A DNA stretch of 64,000 nt from Corallochytrium limacisporum Hawaii. Taxonomy: Eukaryota; Protista; Pluriformea. The stretch is from positions 1-64,000 of the forward strand of contig PDIP01000010.1 of the NCBI GenBank assembly GCA_002811645.1, given 5' to 3'. This document shows positions 35,700 through 46,362 of this stretch, piece by piece. How positions within the stretch are numbered: position 1 is the stretch's first letter; each line of letters begins with the position of its first letter. Made by a program: the position numbers and the translations under genes. Under the pieces are notes generated by a model, which was not told the origin of the DNA, searched no databases, and was given only the letters and a program-made list of their open reading frames with translations.

Positions 35700-37074
35700 T
35701 GTGACAGTGCTCCGGACAGTCCAGTTCTTTCCGTTCGACTTCCACTAAACTACTTCTAAACAACGTTACGAATCCAATAATGACATGCTGGACGTATGTG
35801 AAGTAAAATTTCTTTATCAAGACGGGAAACGTTCCCGCTCTGCTAATCTATTCAGTCCCGAATCTATGGTAATACTACATCTATTGAGCCACGATCCCTA
35901 GGTGGGTGCGTGATAAGTCACAGCCATCCGTAATACCTGTTCACAGAAAAGAGTAGCTGCTCCCAAATAATCCCAATCCTGCCCAAACCGTCAACCATCA
36001 ATATCACGAAACCATGGACTGGGAGCAAACTCTCCCTGAACACGCGATGCGAATCCAGTCGCCTAAGCCTGGCTATAGCGACATCTCATCAGCGTGCACC
36101 CCCCCCTGCCCTCTCTCTCTCCCAAGCCACTTGCCGGTGGATCTCAGCAGACCCTCACACGCAACACCAACTGAGCCACGTAACCTCCGCCCCCCCCTCT
36201 TCTCTTCCACTCTGCACTCCACCTTTAAACCACCGTTGAGGAGGGCGAGGAGGAAGGGACAACGCTTTTGCCCTCTGGACAAAATAAAAAAATTGTTCCC
36301 AAGCGCAAAACTCACCAACAACAAAACCCCCCCCCGGGGGGGGGGGTGGGGTGTTCGGGAAAAGGGAGGGTCTCAACTGCTGGCTCCCAGTGTCCTCTGC
36401 TGCTTCTTCTCCTCACACTTTTGTTTCTTCTTCCCCTCCCCCCCCCCTCCCCTCCTCTGCGGGAGGTCTTGGCCCCCTCGGGCCCAAAAACCGTGGACTT
36501 CCGGTCCCGTTCTGTGAAAAGAATACTTCCGCACGGTGGTGTGGGTGCAAAAGTGACATTTTGCCCTATCTTTTCGTTTGTAGTCTGTTTGTTGCCCTCC
36601 TTCCCCTTCCCTTTTTTATCCCTCCCCCCCCTTTGCCTTTGCTCCCCTAGCTCGACGTGAAGATGGGGAGAGAGAGAGAGAGAGCAAAGAGGAAGAGGAG
36701 GAGACCCCGTACTTTTGGTTTCATTGTGTAAATGTTGGTGCGCAACGGGGACACCACATGCACACACACACACATCACCTCAACACATGACGGTCCACAC
36801 CACCACTTTTTTTTGCTTGGGTCCCTGTTGCCCCGCGCCGCACTGCTTGGATCGCATCTTTTAAAGCGACCGATGGACGGATTTGTGGGTCTCTTAAGTT
36901 CTCATCTCTCACTCGCACTTGTGTGTTCCGTGGCTGCATTCCCCTTCCTAAGGAATTCTTTGAAGAATTCCGGTACTTTCACTACCGCGTCCCCCAGTAC
37001 CGCACACGACGCGTGCGCCGGAGCCGTTTCCTCCCTCCCCTCCCCGCCCCCCCCCCAGCGCCAATTTTTCTATT

Positions 37075-37159
37075 NNNNNNNNNNNNNNNNNNNNNNNNNN
37101 NNNNNNNNNNNNNNNNNNNNNNNNNNNNNNNNNNNNNNNNNNNNNNNNNNNNNNNNNNN
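37075..37159. other. Assembly gap whose two flanks are near-identical (probable contig overlap)
   Basis: 'gagccgtttcc...cccagcgccaatttttctatt' occurs both at 37021-37074 and from 37160 onward. Confidence 0.95.
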
Positions 37160-38160
37160 GAGCCGTTTCCCCCCTCCCCCCCCCGCCCCCCCCCCAGCGC
37201 CAATTTTTCTATTCTTAGGCAAACCCCTGCCGTTCCCTTTCAAGCAAAGAAAAACAGAGAGACGAACCGGGAAGGGGGGGGATGTGGCTGATTCTTTGCC
37301 TTTTCTTTCACGCAGTGGCATTCCTTCCATCTTTCTAAACGGAAAATAAAAACCTCGTGTCCTTCTTGGCTTCACCACCGATGGTGAGAGTCATGTCAGT
37401 GAGTTTCCCCGCAGTTGCCTCTCCCCTCCTCCCCCCCTCCCCTTGGAGGGAGGGGTGCCTTTCGGTTGTCGGTCTTGCCTCCTTGTGCTCAGTTGTCACA
37501 GTTTCACACTGCCTCTTCCACATCCCCCCCCCTTCACCTCTTTCTTTCCCTCTGCCCCCGGGGGGGGGGGCAATGCACGGCAAAGCGGCGGAGGTGTCCG
37601 GACGGTGCGACCGTCTCCAAGTCGGCGCGGTGGCGTGTTTCCTCGGTAGGTTCTGAAAAAGATTATTGCATCGACTGGGCATGCATGACGCATTCTTATG
37701 AACCATAAAAATAAAGGAAGGGGTCTTGTCAAGGCAATTGATGTTTCCTGTAGATAGGAGTAGTATTAATATCGTTGGAATGAACTCTGTTGTGCTTTGT
37801 TGGGAGGGGTTCGCGTCCAATTGATGTGATCCGACAGCTTAATCGACTGGCTATCCACGGAGATATAAAGTATTGTCCACAGCGATATGGAAAATATCAT
37901 ATGTTCGAATACGTTGACGATGATGTGGCATGCTCTATGTGGATATTAGAAACCTGTCCAATAAATTTTACCTTCGTCCGGATCATGTTGCCGAAACATT
38001 GGCGAATGTCCATCAAGTAGGGCAAATTTTGAAGGGTACTAGTGGAAGAGGATGAGCGCAGTGTATGGGAGTCTATTTTCTATGCGGATCCGCAAAGATG
38101 GGGTCGGAGAGAATCGCTGCCTAAGAGATGCTTACCGTTTGGGCAGTGTTGCGTTCACTT

Positions 38161-40815
38161 TCAAATGTACTTGTCGGTTGACCCGGGAGGCGGTGCCGGG
38201 GCAATGTAGCCTTCGTGATCTTCCGCGAGCTTTCCATGTACAACATCACTGCCGGGGGAGCGTGCGATGCCATGCAATTGGAGCTTTTCTTTGTGTCGGG
38301 CCTTGCGGCGAAAGGCTTCGAGCGAAAGATTCTCGTCTCCGGCTGCCCGAGGCAAGACACTGCTAAGGTCTTGAGCAACGATAGCACTAAGAGATCTTTG
38401 TACAGTTGGATCAATCGCTGCCTGGGCGAGGAAGCGGTACGTTGCACCATTCAGTGACCATTCTTTGGAGGTCATGTTCATGTAGCCTGGATGGGCATAA
38501 CTAGGTTCAACATTCTGTGGAAGGTGTACCGAGCCATCTATAGTTACGTCTTTGTGGTCACCAAACGACTCGGTGGTGCTGTCCGGACGAAATTCAACCC
38601 GCAGTGCATCTTCCACTGTGAGATATGCAAATGCAGCCTCAGTGATGTCCACGGATGTGTCCGGGTGGTCACGATCTTTGATCCACCTTACCGCCGTCAG
38701 GGACGCTAGGAATCGGCGAATCGGCACGTTACGCTCAGTGCTCCGCCAACGGATCAAAAGGCCGGTTCTCTTGAATCCTTCCGCTGCCTCTGCCATCGTT
38801 CGAATCATCAAGTGCTCCACTCCACGGTGTAATACGCGACAGCTCATCAGAAATATGTCTGTGACAGCATATCGATGGTCCAACGGATCAGGCATCACCG
38901 AGAGCAGTCCCACGAGGCCGTAGTACCCAAACCGATCTGAGACGTGGACTATCCGCGTGATAGCGCGACCTTCTGCTTCCTCCACAGTGACACGCATTTT
39001 CATCTCTACCTCAGTCCGAGGGTCCTTGCAAGCGTTAAACTGATTTGTCCGATCAGTCAGGGAGGCCATACGCGGAAGATCGGCCGGTTCTGGCGCTGCT
39101 ATAGTAATCCTAAGTCCGAGATTCTGAAAGAAGGCAGACAGGTCGCCTTGGTTTTGCCTCAGAAGCTCCCGCCGCTTTCGTTCGTCCGCGTACTGGTCCG
39201 CCCTCCTTTTCGTACCCGTTGCAGCACCGCGGCTTATGGACTTTGCCTCTGAGTGCCGCTGATCGAAGCACCAGCAGCTGTCTATGAAAGCGGTTGTCAT
39301 CTCTGTTGTGAATGCAAAAGATGTCATACCCAAGTTTTGAAAAATAGAGCTCACTTCTTCCCCTTCCATGGGATTGTCGTCGACAAAGACAGCACCTGAT
39401 GCACTTAGGTTGAGCTCGTTGAGAATGTTGTTGACGTTAGTTGATTTTCGGTCATGATTGATGCGATAGGTGGTCACATCATCCCAATTCAAAATCATGC
39501 CGCTGCTTTTCCGCTGCTCAAACACATCAATTACGTCACTTGTCTTTGAATTACGACTGCACAGGGCCACTAATCCGCCCTCGTCTTGAACGAATCGCAC
39601 AGCGCGTTGTTGGATCGCCTTGTGACATTCTTGAAAGTCTAGCTCTGAAGGAGACACCTCACCACAGGCTCCCTTCCACATCGTGTTGTCACAGTCCAGA
39701 ATCATGACCTTCAAAATGGGTTTGTTCACTTGGTGGAGACAACGAAGAGTCTCTAGTGCGATCGTTAGCGAGTACTCCAAACTAAACGCTTCGTGAATGG
39801 CAACATCCCGTTCCCGACTAGTGTGCTGATCGTGAATAGGCTGAACGAGCTTCGCTGTGATGCCAAGATCCAGAAGATTCCTGACGAGGACCGACGAAGC
39901 ATTCCAGAGAATTGGTCCGATCTTGGAGCTAGCCCCATAGTCGAAAGGTACCATAACGAGAACAAAAGCTGATGAGCACTGGCCTAATACGTTAATCTGG
40001 AGTTCGCGTACCCATTCCTCAATCTTAGAGTGAACGTACGATCTGAAGCCAGCCAATGCCTTCCTCTCTAAGATGACATCAGGACACGCATCTAGTTCAG
40101 ACGCCAAGCTATATTTGACTTCTGGGTGTGGAAAAACTAGATCCTCAATACGTACTAGGTTGATGTGGATACAATTTCCACCATCGTCTGTTGAGAATAA
40201 TGTGCCGTATTGAAGGAATTGAACCAAGAGAGCTGTGCCGAGAATTCTACGCTGCGCCCACTCACACAGTAAGCGAATCGTGTCAGTGGCAAACGTGGCA
40301 CCAACACGGCATTCCCCAAAAACCTTCCAATCACTGACTTTTCGATTTGCAAAACTGGACACCGGAATTTCAAGATCGACGGCTGAATCCGAGCCATCAA
40401 TCATTCCCGCCAACGGGGGCGCATTGTTTGTTTCAGCACCGTGTTCTAATAGACTGCTATCATCATATGTCGCAAAGAACTGCACATCGTATCCTTGGGA
40501 TAAAGAAATGCCTTTCTTGGGCCCATAGTCTTCTGGTCTACGAACTTCAAGAATTGAAATCTTTGTTGCGTTGTAATATCTACGTGTATACCTGGCCAGG
40601 TCCGCGGGTTCACATCCAACGGTGAACTCAACATAGGATCCGATAGGTATTGGTGTCTTCGGATTGTCTATAGGCTCTACTAAATCATTGTACTTGAATG
40701 ATACGTGCTGTCCATTGTTGGCATCAACCAAACCCTTATCATCGGGTTCGATAAAGCCCTGACCTAATCGGCGAATCCACTTGCGAACCCTCCCGGTGCA
40801 AACCTTACCCTCCAT
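38161..40815 (-). CDS. Cold-shock-like domain fused to an FkbH-like (HAD-IIIC) glyceryl-transferase/phosphatase
   Basis: N-terminus 'TGRVRKWIRRLGQGFIEPDD...GSYVEFTV' is CSD-like. HAD motifs are 'ILDCDNTMW', 'LCSRN', 'RINHDRKS' and 'FVDDNPME'. The FkbH C-terminal domain has 'LTDRTNQFN', 'SDRFGYYGLVG' and 'FLMSCRVLHRGVE'. Confidence 0.88.
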   Translation of the reverse strand: MEGKVCTGRVRKWIRRLGQGFIEPDDKGLVDANNGQHVSFKYNDLVEPIDNPKTPIPIGSYVEFTVGCEPADLARYTRRYYNATKISILEVRRPEDYGPKKGISLSQGYDVQFFATYDDSSLLEHGAETNNAPPLAGMIDGSDSAVDLEIPVSSFANRKVSDWKVFGECRVGATFATDTIRLLCEWAQRRILGTALLVQFLQYGTLFSTDDGGNCIHINLVRIEDLVFPHPEVKYSLASELDACPDVILERKALAGFRSYVHSKIEEWVRELQINVLGQCSSAFVLVMVPFDYGASSKIGPILWNASSVLVRNLLDLGITAKLVQPIHDQHTSRERDVAIHEAFSLEYSLTIALETLRCLHQVNKPILKVMILDCDNTMWKGACGEVSPSELDFQECHKAIQQRAVRFVQDEGGLVALCSRNSKTSDVIDVFEQRKSSGMILNWDDVTTYRINHDRKSTNVNNILNELNLSASGAVFVDDNPMEGEEVSSIFQNLGMTSFAFTTEMTTAFIDSCWCFDQRHSEAKSISRGAATGTKRRADQYADERKRRELLRQNQGDLSAFFQNLGLRITIAAPEPADLPRMASLTDRTNQFNACKDPRTEVEMKMRVTVEEAEGRAITRIVHVSDRFGYYGLVGLLSVMPDPLDHRYAVTDIFLMSCRVLHRGVEHLMIRTMAEAAEGFKRTGLLIRWRSTERNVPIRRFLASLTAVRWIKDRDHPDTSVDITEAAFAYLTVEDALRVEFRPDSTTESFGDHKDVTIDGSVHLPQNVEPSYAHPGYMNMTSKEWSLNGATYRFLAQAAIDPTVQRSLSAIVAQDLSSVLPRAAGDENLSLEAFRRKARHKEKLQLHGIARSPGSDVVHGKLAEDHEGYIAPAPPPGSTDKYI

Positions 40816-41958
40816 GTGTCTGCTTCGGTCCTTGCTGGACTATAACCATACTGATATCCTGCTCATCATGTCTTGTTATGTATACAAACGTAACGAAACG
40901 ATCACAACTGCAAATACGCAGTCTGTGCGTTCGTAGACTCAAGTCACCTTTTCCTTTCTACCTACCTCTGCACACCGGTTACCTGGTCCCCCTTGCGCTT
41001 GCAGTGCGCGTTCCAGTGCGACCCGCGCTGAAGTTACCGGCGAATCAATAAGACAATCAATATTTACGGCCCACCGCCCCTCCTCCCTTGGTAAGGCACT
41101 GTCGCACTGGGGGTTTTCACGGGTGGGTCTCTTCTAGCCCTCCTCCCCCCTCCTCCGACATTGCACTGCCTCCCCCCACTCTCTTTTGTTCAGGAGCCGC
41201 AATGGCGCCTTACGGTACTGGTTCAGTACTGGGACTTAGGGCTGGCACTCAGCAATTTTTCATCCCCGCCTTCACTACCCGTTGATCCGGTATGCGGGGC
41301 GGCCCCTCCCCCCCCTTCCAAAAGTACCGAAGGACTCAAAAGAGAAGGAGAAGAAAATTTGTTCGTGCGTTCGAAAAAATTGAACTCGTGCCTTCCTCCG
41401 TCTATTCCCTGACTGCCGGCGTCACCCCAATACTGAAAACATGGAGAGAGTTTTCGTCACGCGCGGTCTCGCGTCCCCAAATTGTCTCCTGACCCTCGCA
41501 GACAGCAGACCCGACAACGGGGGGCCTGTCGGAGAAGAGAGGTCCAGAACGTTTCTAGCCCGATTTGAGGAGTGCAAGGAAATTCAGTGGTTAACATCGC
41601 GAAGGGCAAGAATTCGCAGGCCGTTCAGTACCCGCCCTTGGCTCTGCCGCGAGCATAGGGTGGGCACATTAATGTGGGCGGTGTGTCGGTTCTGAGCAAG
41701 GGTCTCTGGACTGAAAGTGGAAGCCGTGCGCGGTCCGTGATACGCGGTTTCGCCGCAGAGTCGGAATCTTGGAGCTTGGGCACTGGCTTTCGAGGGTGTG
41801 CTACAGACCCCCTGTGGATCACGCACGCACATCTATCTTGGCACTGATTACATTCATTGTGTAGAAGGGGAAATTGACAGGAGATTGATAATAAACGGTG
41901 TGATGATACGGAGAATTTTTGTTTCACAGACGTCTCCGTGAGGTACTTAACATCAAGG

Positions 41959-42012
41959 GTAAGCAACATACTCTGCAATTGAGGATTTGTAACATGTCGT
42001 CTGTACCTGAAG
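41959..42012 (+). other. Predicted 54-nt 5'UTR intron of the ABHD gene
   Basis: AGG|GTAAGC...TGTAAC...cctgAAG, ending 34 nt before the ATG. Confidence 0.5.
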
Positions 42013-42046
42013 AGGCTGCGTCCGCAAACTAAAGAAATATACAAAG

Positions 42047-43351
42047 ATGGCGGTGGCATCGGAACACGAACAGCATCCCTTTGCTCCTGCTGAGTGGATC
42101 ACTGATCCCAGCAAAGACATTCCTGGAGGTGCCTCCTGGTTTGGTTTGGACACTACAAATTCGAAAGTGCGAAGGGCTTGGGAAACTGAAAAGAAGGTCC
42201 TGGACATGATGCGAGTGCCGTACCAGCAATTGCATGTCCCAGTCAACAAGAAGGAACAGTACATGCACACCATTGAAATGAAGCCCGGTACGAAGGCTGA
42301 TAAGACTCTGGTGATTTTGCATGGGTACGGATCCGGAGCGTGCTTCTGGTTCAAGACTTTGGAGTTCTTCGGCAGCATGGACGGTCTGAAGGTCTACTCA
42401 GTCGACTGGCTCGGAAAAGGTAGCAGCAGCCGGCCGCACTTCCCAACCTGGAGTCCGGAGAAAGGGGAAGCATTCTTCATTGACGCACTCGAGAACTGGC
42501 GCATCCAGATGGGTATCGACAGGATGATCCTTTCAGGGCATTCACTGGGTGGGTATCTCGTCACCTGTTATGCATTGAAATATCCCATGCGTGTCGAGAA
42601 GCTTGTGTTGGTGAGCCCTGTTGGCATACCTGAGAAGCCAAAGGTACTATTCCCGCAGATCAAGACTGCCAAGGCCCGCATGCTGGTTGGGCTCATGAGG
42701 GTAGGATGGGGTATGAACATTACCCCTGGTTGGATCTTACGGTCTGTCACTGAGGCACGGGGAAGATCGATCGTGGACACATATGTGCAAAGCCGGTTTT
42801 TGGGCTTGAAGGAGCACGAACGACAAATCATTTCAGATTACATGTACGCGATCTCGGTTCTACCCGGTTCTAGCGAATACTGCATGAACAGTATTCTCCA
42901 GGCGGGGGCGTACGCTCGCCAGCCTCTCATCAACCGCATTGAAGATCTGGATGCCCCCGTCACATTCCTGTACGGTGAAGTGGACTGGATGGATTCTTCT
43001 TGGGGCGAAAAGGCCCTCGAAGTTATGAAGGGCGACGGTAAGGTCCATACCGTCCCCCGTGCTGGCCACCAGCTCTTCTTGGACAATCCACTGGTTTTCA
43101 ACGAACTGCTCGCCAGTGAGCTGTGTGAGCATTTCCCAGAGATCATGTGGAGCGACCAGACCAGCGAGATATTGCACACGGAACGTGCCGGATTGACTGA
43201 AGAGCAGATGGAACAGGAAAAGGAAATCATTGACCGCATGATCCGCATGAAGAACCCAGACCCTGATGACATGCTGAATCGTGCCCGTAGCCTGGCGGAA
43301 GACGAGAGTCGCAATCGTAAGAGCAAGGCTGCGCAGCAGGTCCAGAGCTGA
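42047..43351 (+). CDS. ABHD4/ABHD5 (Ict1/Cld1-like) alpha/beta hydrolase / lysophospholipid acyltransferase
   Basis: 'LHGYGSG', 'DWLGKGSSSRP', nucleophile motif 'GHSLGGY', 'LVSPVG', 'FLYGEVDWMD' and C-terminal HX4D 'GHQLFLDNP'. Confidence 0.9.
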   Translation: MAVASEHEQHPFAPAEWITDPSKDIPGGASWFGLDTTNSKVRRAWETEKKVLDMMRVPYQQLHVPVNKKEQYMHTIEMKPGTKADKTLVILHGYGSGACFWFKTLEFFGSMDGLKVYSVDWLGKGSSSRPHFPTWSPEKGEAFFIDALENWRIQMGIDRMILSGHSLGGYLVTCYALKYPMRVEKLVLVSPVGIPEKPKVLFPQIKTAKARMLVGLMRVGWGMNITPGWILRSVTEARGRSIVDTYVQSRFLGLKEHERQIISDYMYAISVLPGSSEYCMNSILQAGAYARQPLINRIEDLDAPVTFLYGEVDWMDSSWGEKALEVMKGDGKVHTVPRAGHQLFLDNPLVFNELLASELCEHFPEIMWSDQTSEILHTERAGLTEEQMEQEKEIIDRMIRMKNPDPDDMLNRARSLAEDESRNRKSKAAQQVQS

Positions 43352-43535
43352 AGCATCTTGTGCTCCATACTTAACCATACATAATTTCCATACAGCATCA
43401 CCAATATACATATCCACCAATTTCAGAAGAGGTCGTCGGATCTTATCCAGAAGAAAGTCTATACATGTATTGCACGAACGAAGAAAAAATTACAATATAA
43501 ATATGGTTACCTTCTGATGGGAACTTCCACAGAAT

Positions 43536-44195
43536 TTACAGCTTCTGGAAGGCAGCAATATCGGTGGACTGGACGTGGTCCTCATCGGACTCAATGTTCT
43601 CTTGCAGGAAGTCAACGCCGACCTTGGCGTCCTCCACAACACAGGTGATCACCAGCTTCTTGATACCGAAACCAATCTCGACAAACTTGCTGGATCCCCA
43701 AACCAGACCATCGGACTCAATGGCGCGAACGTTCTTCTCCAGCTGAGCCAGGTCAGTCTCGTCATCCCAAGGCTTGACATCGATGGTGATCAGAGACTTG
43801 GCAACAACGGCTGGTTTCTTGCTCTTCTTCTCCTGGTAAGCCTTAATGCGCTCAGCCTTCACGCGCTCAGCTTCCTCGTCGTCCTCATCGTCATCACCAA
43901 ACAGATCGATGTCATCGTCATCCTCATCAGCCGCAGCCTTAGGAGCATCACCACCGTAACTGGAAGCATCCTTCTTCTCACCAGCCAGAGAACCGAACTC
44001 AGCCTTGTAGGAGGTGATGTGTGCGTACCAACGGGCAGCGTTCTCGTACTTGCTGGCATCCGGTGCTCCGCTCATGGCCTCGTAGACGGCAACATCAGCT
44101 TGAGAAGGCGCGTATCCCTCAATGTAGGACTTGTCCTCCAGGTAGGAGTTGAGGTGGGCAAGACCCTGGTCGCTCTTAAGATCACTGAAACCCAT
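43536..44195 (-). CDS. EEF1B: Translation elongation factor 1-beta
   Basis: The probable start is MGFSDLKS at 44195; the ORF-track extension is not ATG-initiated. Contains 'DDDIDLFG', '[10 protein letters not shown]' and ends 'DIAAFQKL'. Confidence 0.97.
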   Translation of the reverse strand: MGFSDLKSDQGLAHLNSYLEDKSYIEGYAPSQADVAVYEAMSGAPDASKYENAARWYAHITSYKAEFGSLAGEKKDASSYGGDAPKAAADEDDDDIDLFGDDDEDDEEAERVKAERIKAYQEKKSKKPAVVAKSLITIDVKPWDDETDLAQLEKNVRAIESDGLVWGSSKFVEIGFGIKKLVITCVVEDAKVGVDFLQENIESDEDHVQSTDIAAFQKL

Positions 44196-44205
44196 GGTTG
44201 ATTCT

Positions 44206-44275
44206 CTGTTAGCACAATACGGAAGGCAAACAATTTTGTTTGTACGTCCTGGAAAATTAGTCTCCAGATCCTTAC
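44206..44275 (-). other. Predicted 5'UTR intron(s) of EF-1beta
   Basis: GTAAGG donor at 44275. Acceptors are ACTAATtttcCAG (44249) and GCTAACAG (44206). A second possible donor GTACAA lies at 44245. Confidence 0.65.
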
Positions 44276-45141
44276 TGACGACTACGCCATAAACTAGCTG
44301 TTCGACACAAGCGTACAATCGCCATAGCGCTTTACAATATTAGGGTTGTAACAAAAAGAACTGCCGTGCTTAGCGGGGTCCTCAATTCCAAATTCCCCGT
44401 GTGGCATAGAGTGTGAATAAAGTGCGACCTTCAGCTGTCTTGTTGTCAAACACATTGCGGAACTCTCCTGCTCGGATTCAGAAAACCAACGCTCACCGAC
44501 CAAGTGGTTCAGTTTGCTGGCCTCAGTATTTAATAGAGGAGCAGTGCATCTCCCAAAGGAAACAGGGCACAACGTGAGGAGCACAACAAGAGACGGTTTT
44601 CACAACTCCCCAGTACTTCCTCCCCTACCGCAGGTAACGGTCGCCCGGTCTTTCGGGAAGGAAACAAAAGGCAGGCGCGGGGTCTCAAAGCCCCTGGCTC
44701 TGGCAAGTGTGAGTAATGGCTCTCCGATACACCCTGCATGTCTTCGTTCATAACGTTGGTCAACAAACATCCAATCAGCATCATCAAGCACACCAACTAG
44801 AGCACATTCCCTAAGCCGTAAGGTGAACTGCTTCTTTTTGTGCGGCACAGTTACATATGTATGCACTGGCTAGCTCCTCCAACATGTATCTCTTGACTTC
44901 CAACCCGACATACCCGCGTATGCATGGGTGTATCCCACACTTTTTCGGCTCCCCTCTGATCTGGCTTGGAAGCCCGACGCACGTGGCTGGGTTGGCCCCC
45001 ACCGGGGGGTTCGGTGGAGGGTTTGGGTCGGGGAGCGGATTCTGGAGGCCCCCCCTCCCCCTCCTAGCAAAAAAAAAGAGAGAAGCCACTGGGGAGCGGG
45101 CGCAGGTTGCAGCGGCGAGGCGGCGGCGCGCGTAGCAAGAG

Positions 45142-45144
<3 letters not shown>

Positions 45145-45192
<48 letters not shown>
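45145..45192 (+). repeat. (GA)24 microsatellite in the EF-1beta/ZCCHC9 divergent promoter
   Basis: Perfect GA dinucleotide run. Confidence 0.95.
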
Positions 45193-45195
<3 letters not shown>

Positions 45196-45458
45196 CGAGA
45201 GACCCGCGTTTTGCGATTTCGGCGGGTCCGGCCTGCTTCCTCCGGTGCTGGGGGGAGACAACTGGAAAGGGCCAGGGTGTGTTGGGACGGACTGGTGCGG
45301 GAGGACTTGGGCTCAGAGATCATTTTGGTTCAATGCACCCATAGCCATTGGAGTCGATCCTATGAGCGTCGTATTTCAGAGCCTAAAAGAAGATAGGAAA
45401 AAAGATCCTTCTGGAAACTCAACAAGTAGAGATCTTCACCACATATTGAATAGTGAAC

Positions 45459-46130
45459 ATGACCCGCTATGCTCGCGTAGGGTCGTCGATTGGGTCCCGG
45501 ACCGCAAAGGAGTTCGAGGCCAGCAAGTGGGAAGATTTCCATAAGCAGGGGGCTCCTGGCGAAAAGGATGCAGCTTTCGGTGGAAGAAAGAGGTCAATGT
45601 CCAGGAATCGCCGGGACATCGAGCGGGAAAAGCGCAGGCGTCGACGCCAAAAGTTCAACAGAGACGCGGGTAAGACGTGCTTTAATTGCCGAAAGTCAGG
45701 GCACCGTGTAGAGAACTGCCCAGAAACTGGAAAGAGCAATCTTGCCACCAATGTTTGCTACAAGTGTGGAACACCTGAACACATAACTCGGGATTGCAAG
45801 AGTAGCATTGAGGGCTTTCCATACGCGCAGTGCTTCATTTGCTCAGAGAAGGGTCATCTGAGCTCTGCATGCCCCCAGAATGATCATGGCCTCTATCCCA
45901 ACGGAGGGTGCTGCAAGCACTGTGAGAGCGTGCGACACTTTGCCAAGGACTGCCCTCAGAATCCGCTAAACATAAAGGCGGCTGCCAAGAAGAAGAAGGA
46001 GCTGAAAGAGAGCACTGTGGGCATGGCTGGCGCCTTTCAGAATCCTGACGCACTTGACGATAGCCTTGATTTCAACGACGCACAGGTCGGCCCCATGAAA
46101 AAGAAGTCCAAGAAGAAGATTGTCTTCTAA
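45459..46130 (+). CDS. ZCCHC9: Zinc-knuckle protein ZCCHC9-like
   Basis: Starts MTRYARVG. Four CX2CX4HX4C knuckles, including 'GLYPNGGCCKHCESVRHFAKDCP'; basic C-terminus 'KKKIVF'. Confidence 0.88.
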   Translation: MTRYARVGSSIGSRTAKEFEASKWEDFHKQGAPGEKDAAFGGRKRSMSRNRRDIEREKRRRRRQKFNRDAGKTCFNCRKSGHRVENCPETGKSNLATNVCYKCGTPEHITRDCKSSIEGFPYAQCFICSEKGHLSSACPQNDHGLYPNGGCCKHCESVRHFAKDCPQNPLNIKAAAKKKKELKESTVGMAGAFQNPDALDDSLDFNDAQVGPMKKKSKKKIVF

Positions 46131-46362
46131 ACAACAGCGAACCAGCATCAACTCCATCATGCACAATTCCATTCTCCCCCCAGTTAAAGAAAGCATATAG
46201 TCAAATTATTCATCAATGAGATGATTCGCGTACCACTGGTGGGTACTTTTTGTTCTATTTTTGCATTTCCAAGAGCAGTCAACAAGAACTGCTCATGCGA
46301 AATGCTGTGAAATGTGCAGTCAGTGTCCTGACGTGCCATCCCGTTTCATGTATAGTCATAAA

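Noticed and set aside
37021-37213. Direct repeat of about 54 bp on both sides of the second N gap
   Set aside because: The copies differ only inside C homopolymers, which is typical of unmerged overlapping contig ends rather than a real duplication or target-site duplication.
44196-44318. N-terminal extensions of EF-1beta, SMC3 (57191-57301), ZCCHC9 and NudC shown in the ORF track
   Set aside because: They begin at non-ATG codons upstream of the conserved or first Met, and in EF-1beta and SMC3 they overlap predicted 5'UTR introns.
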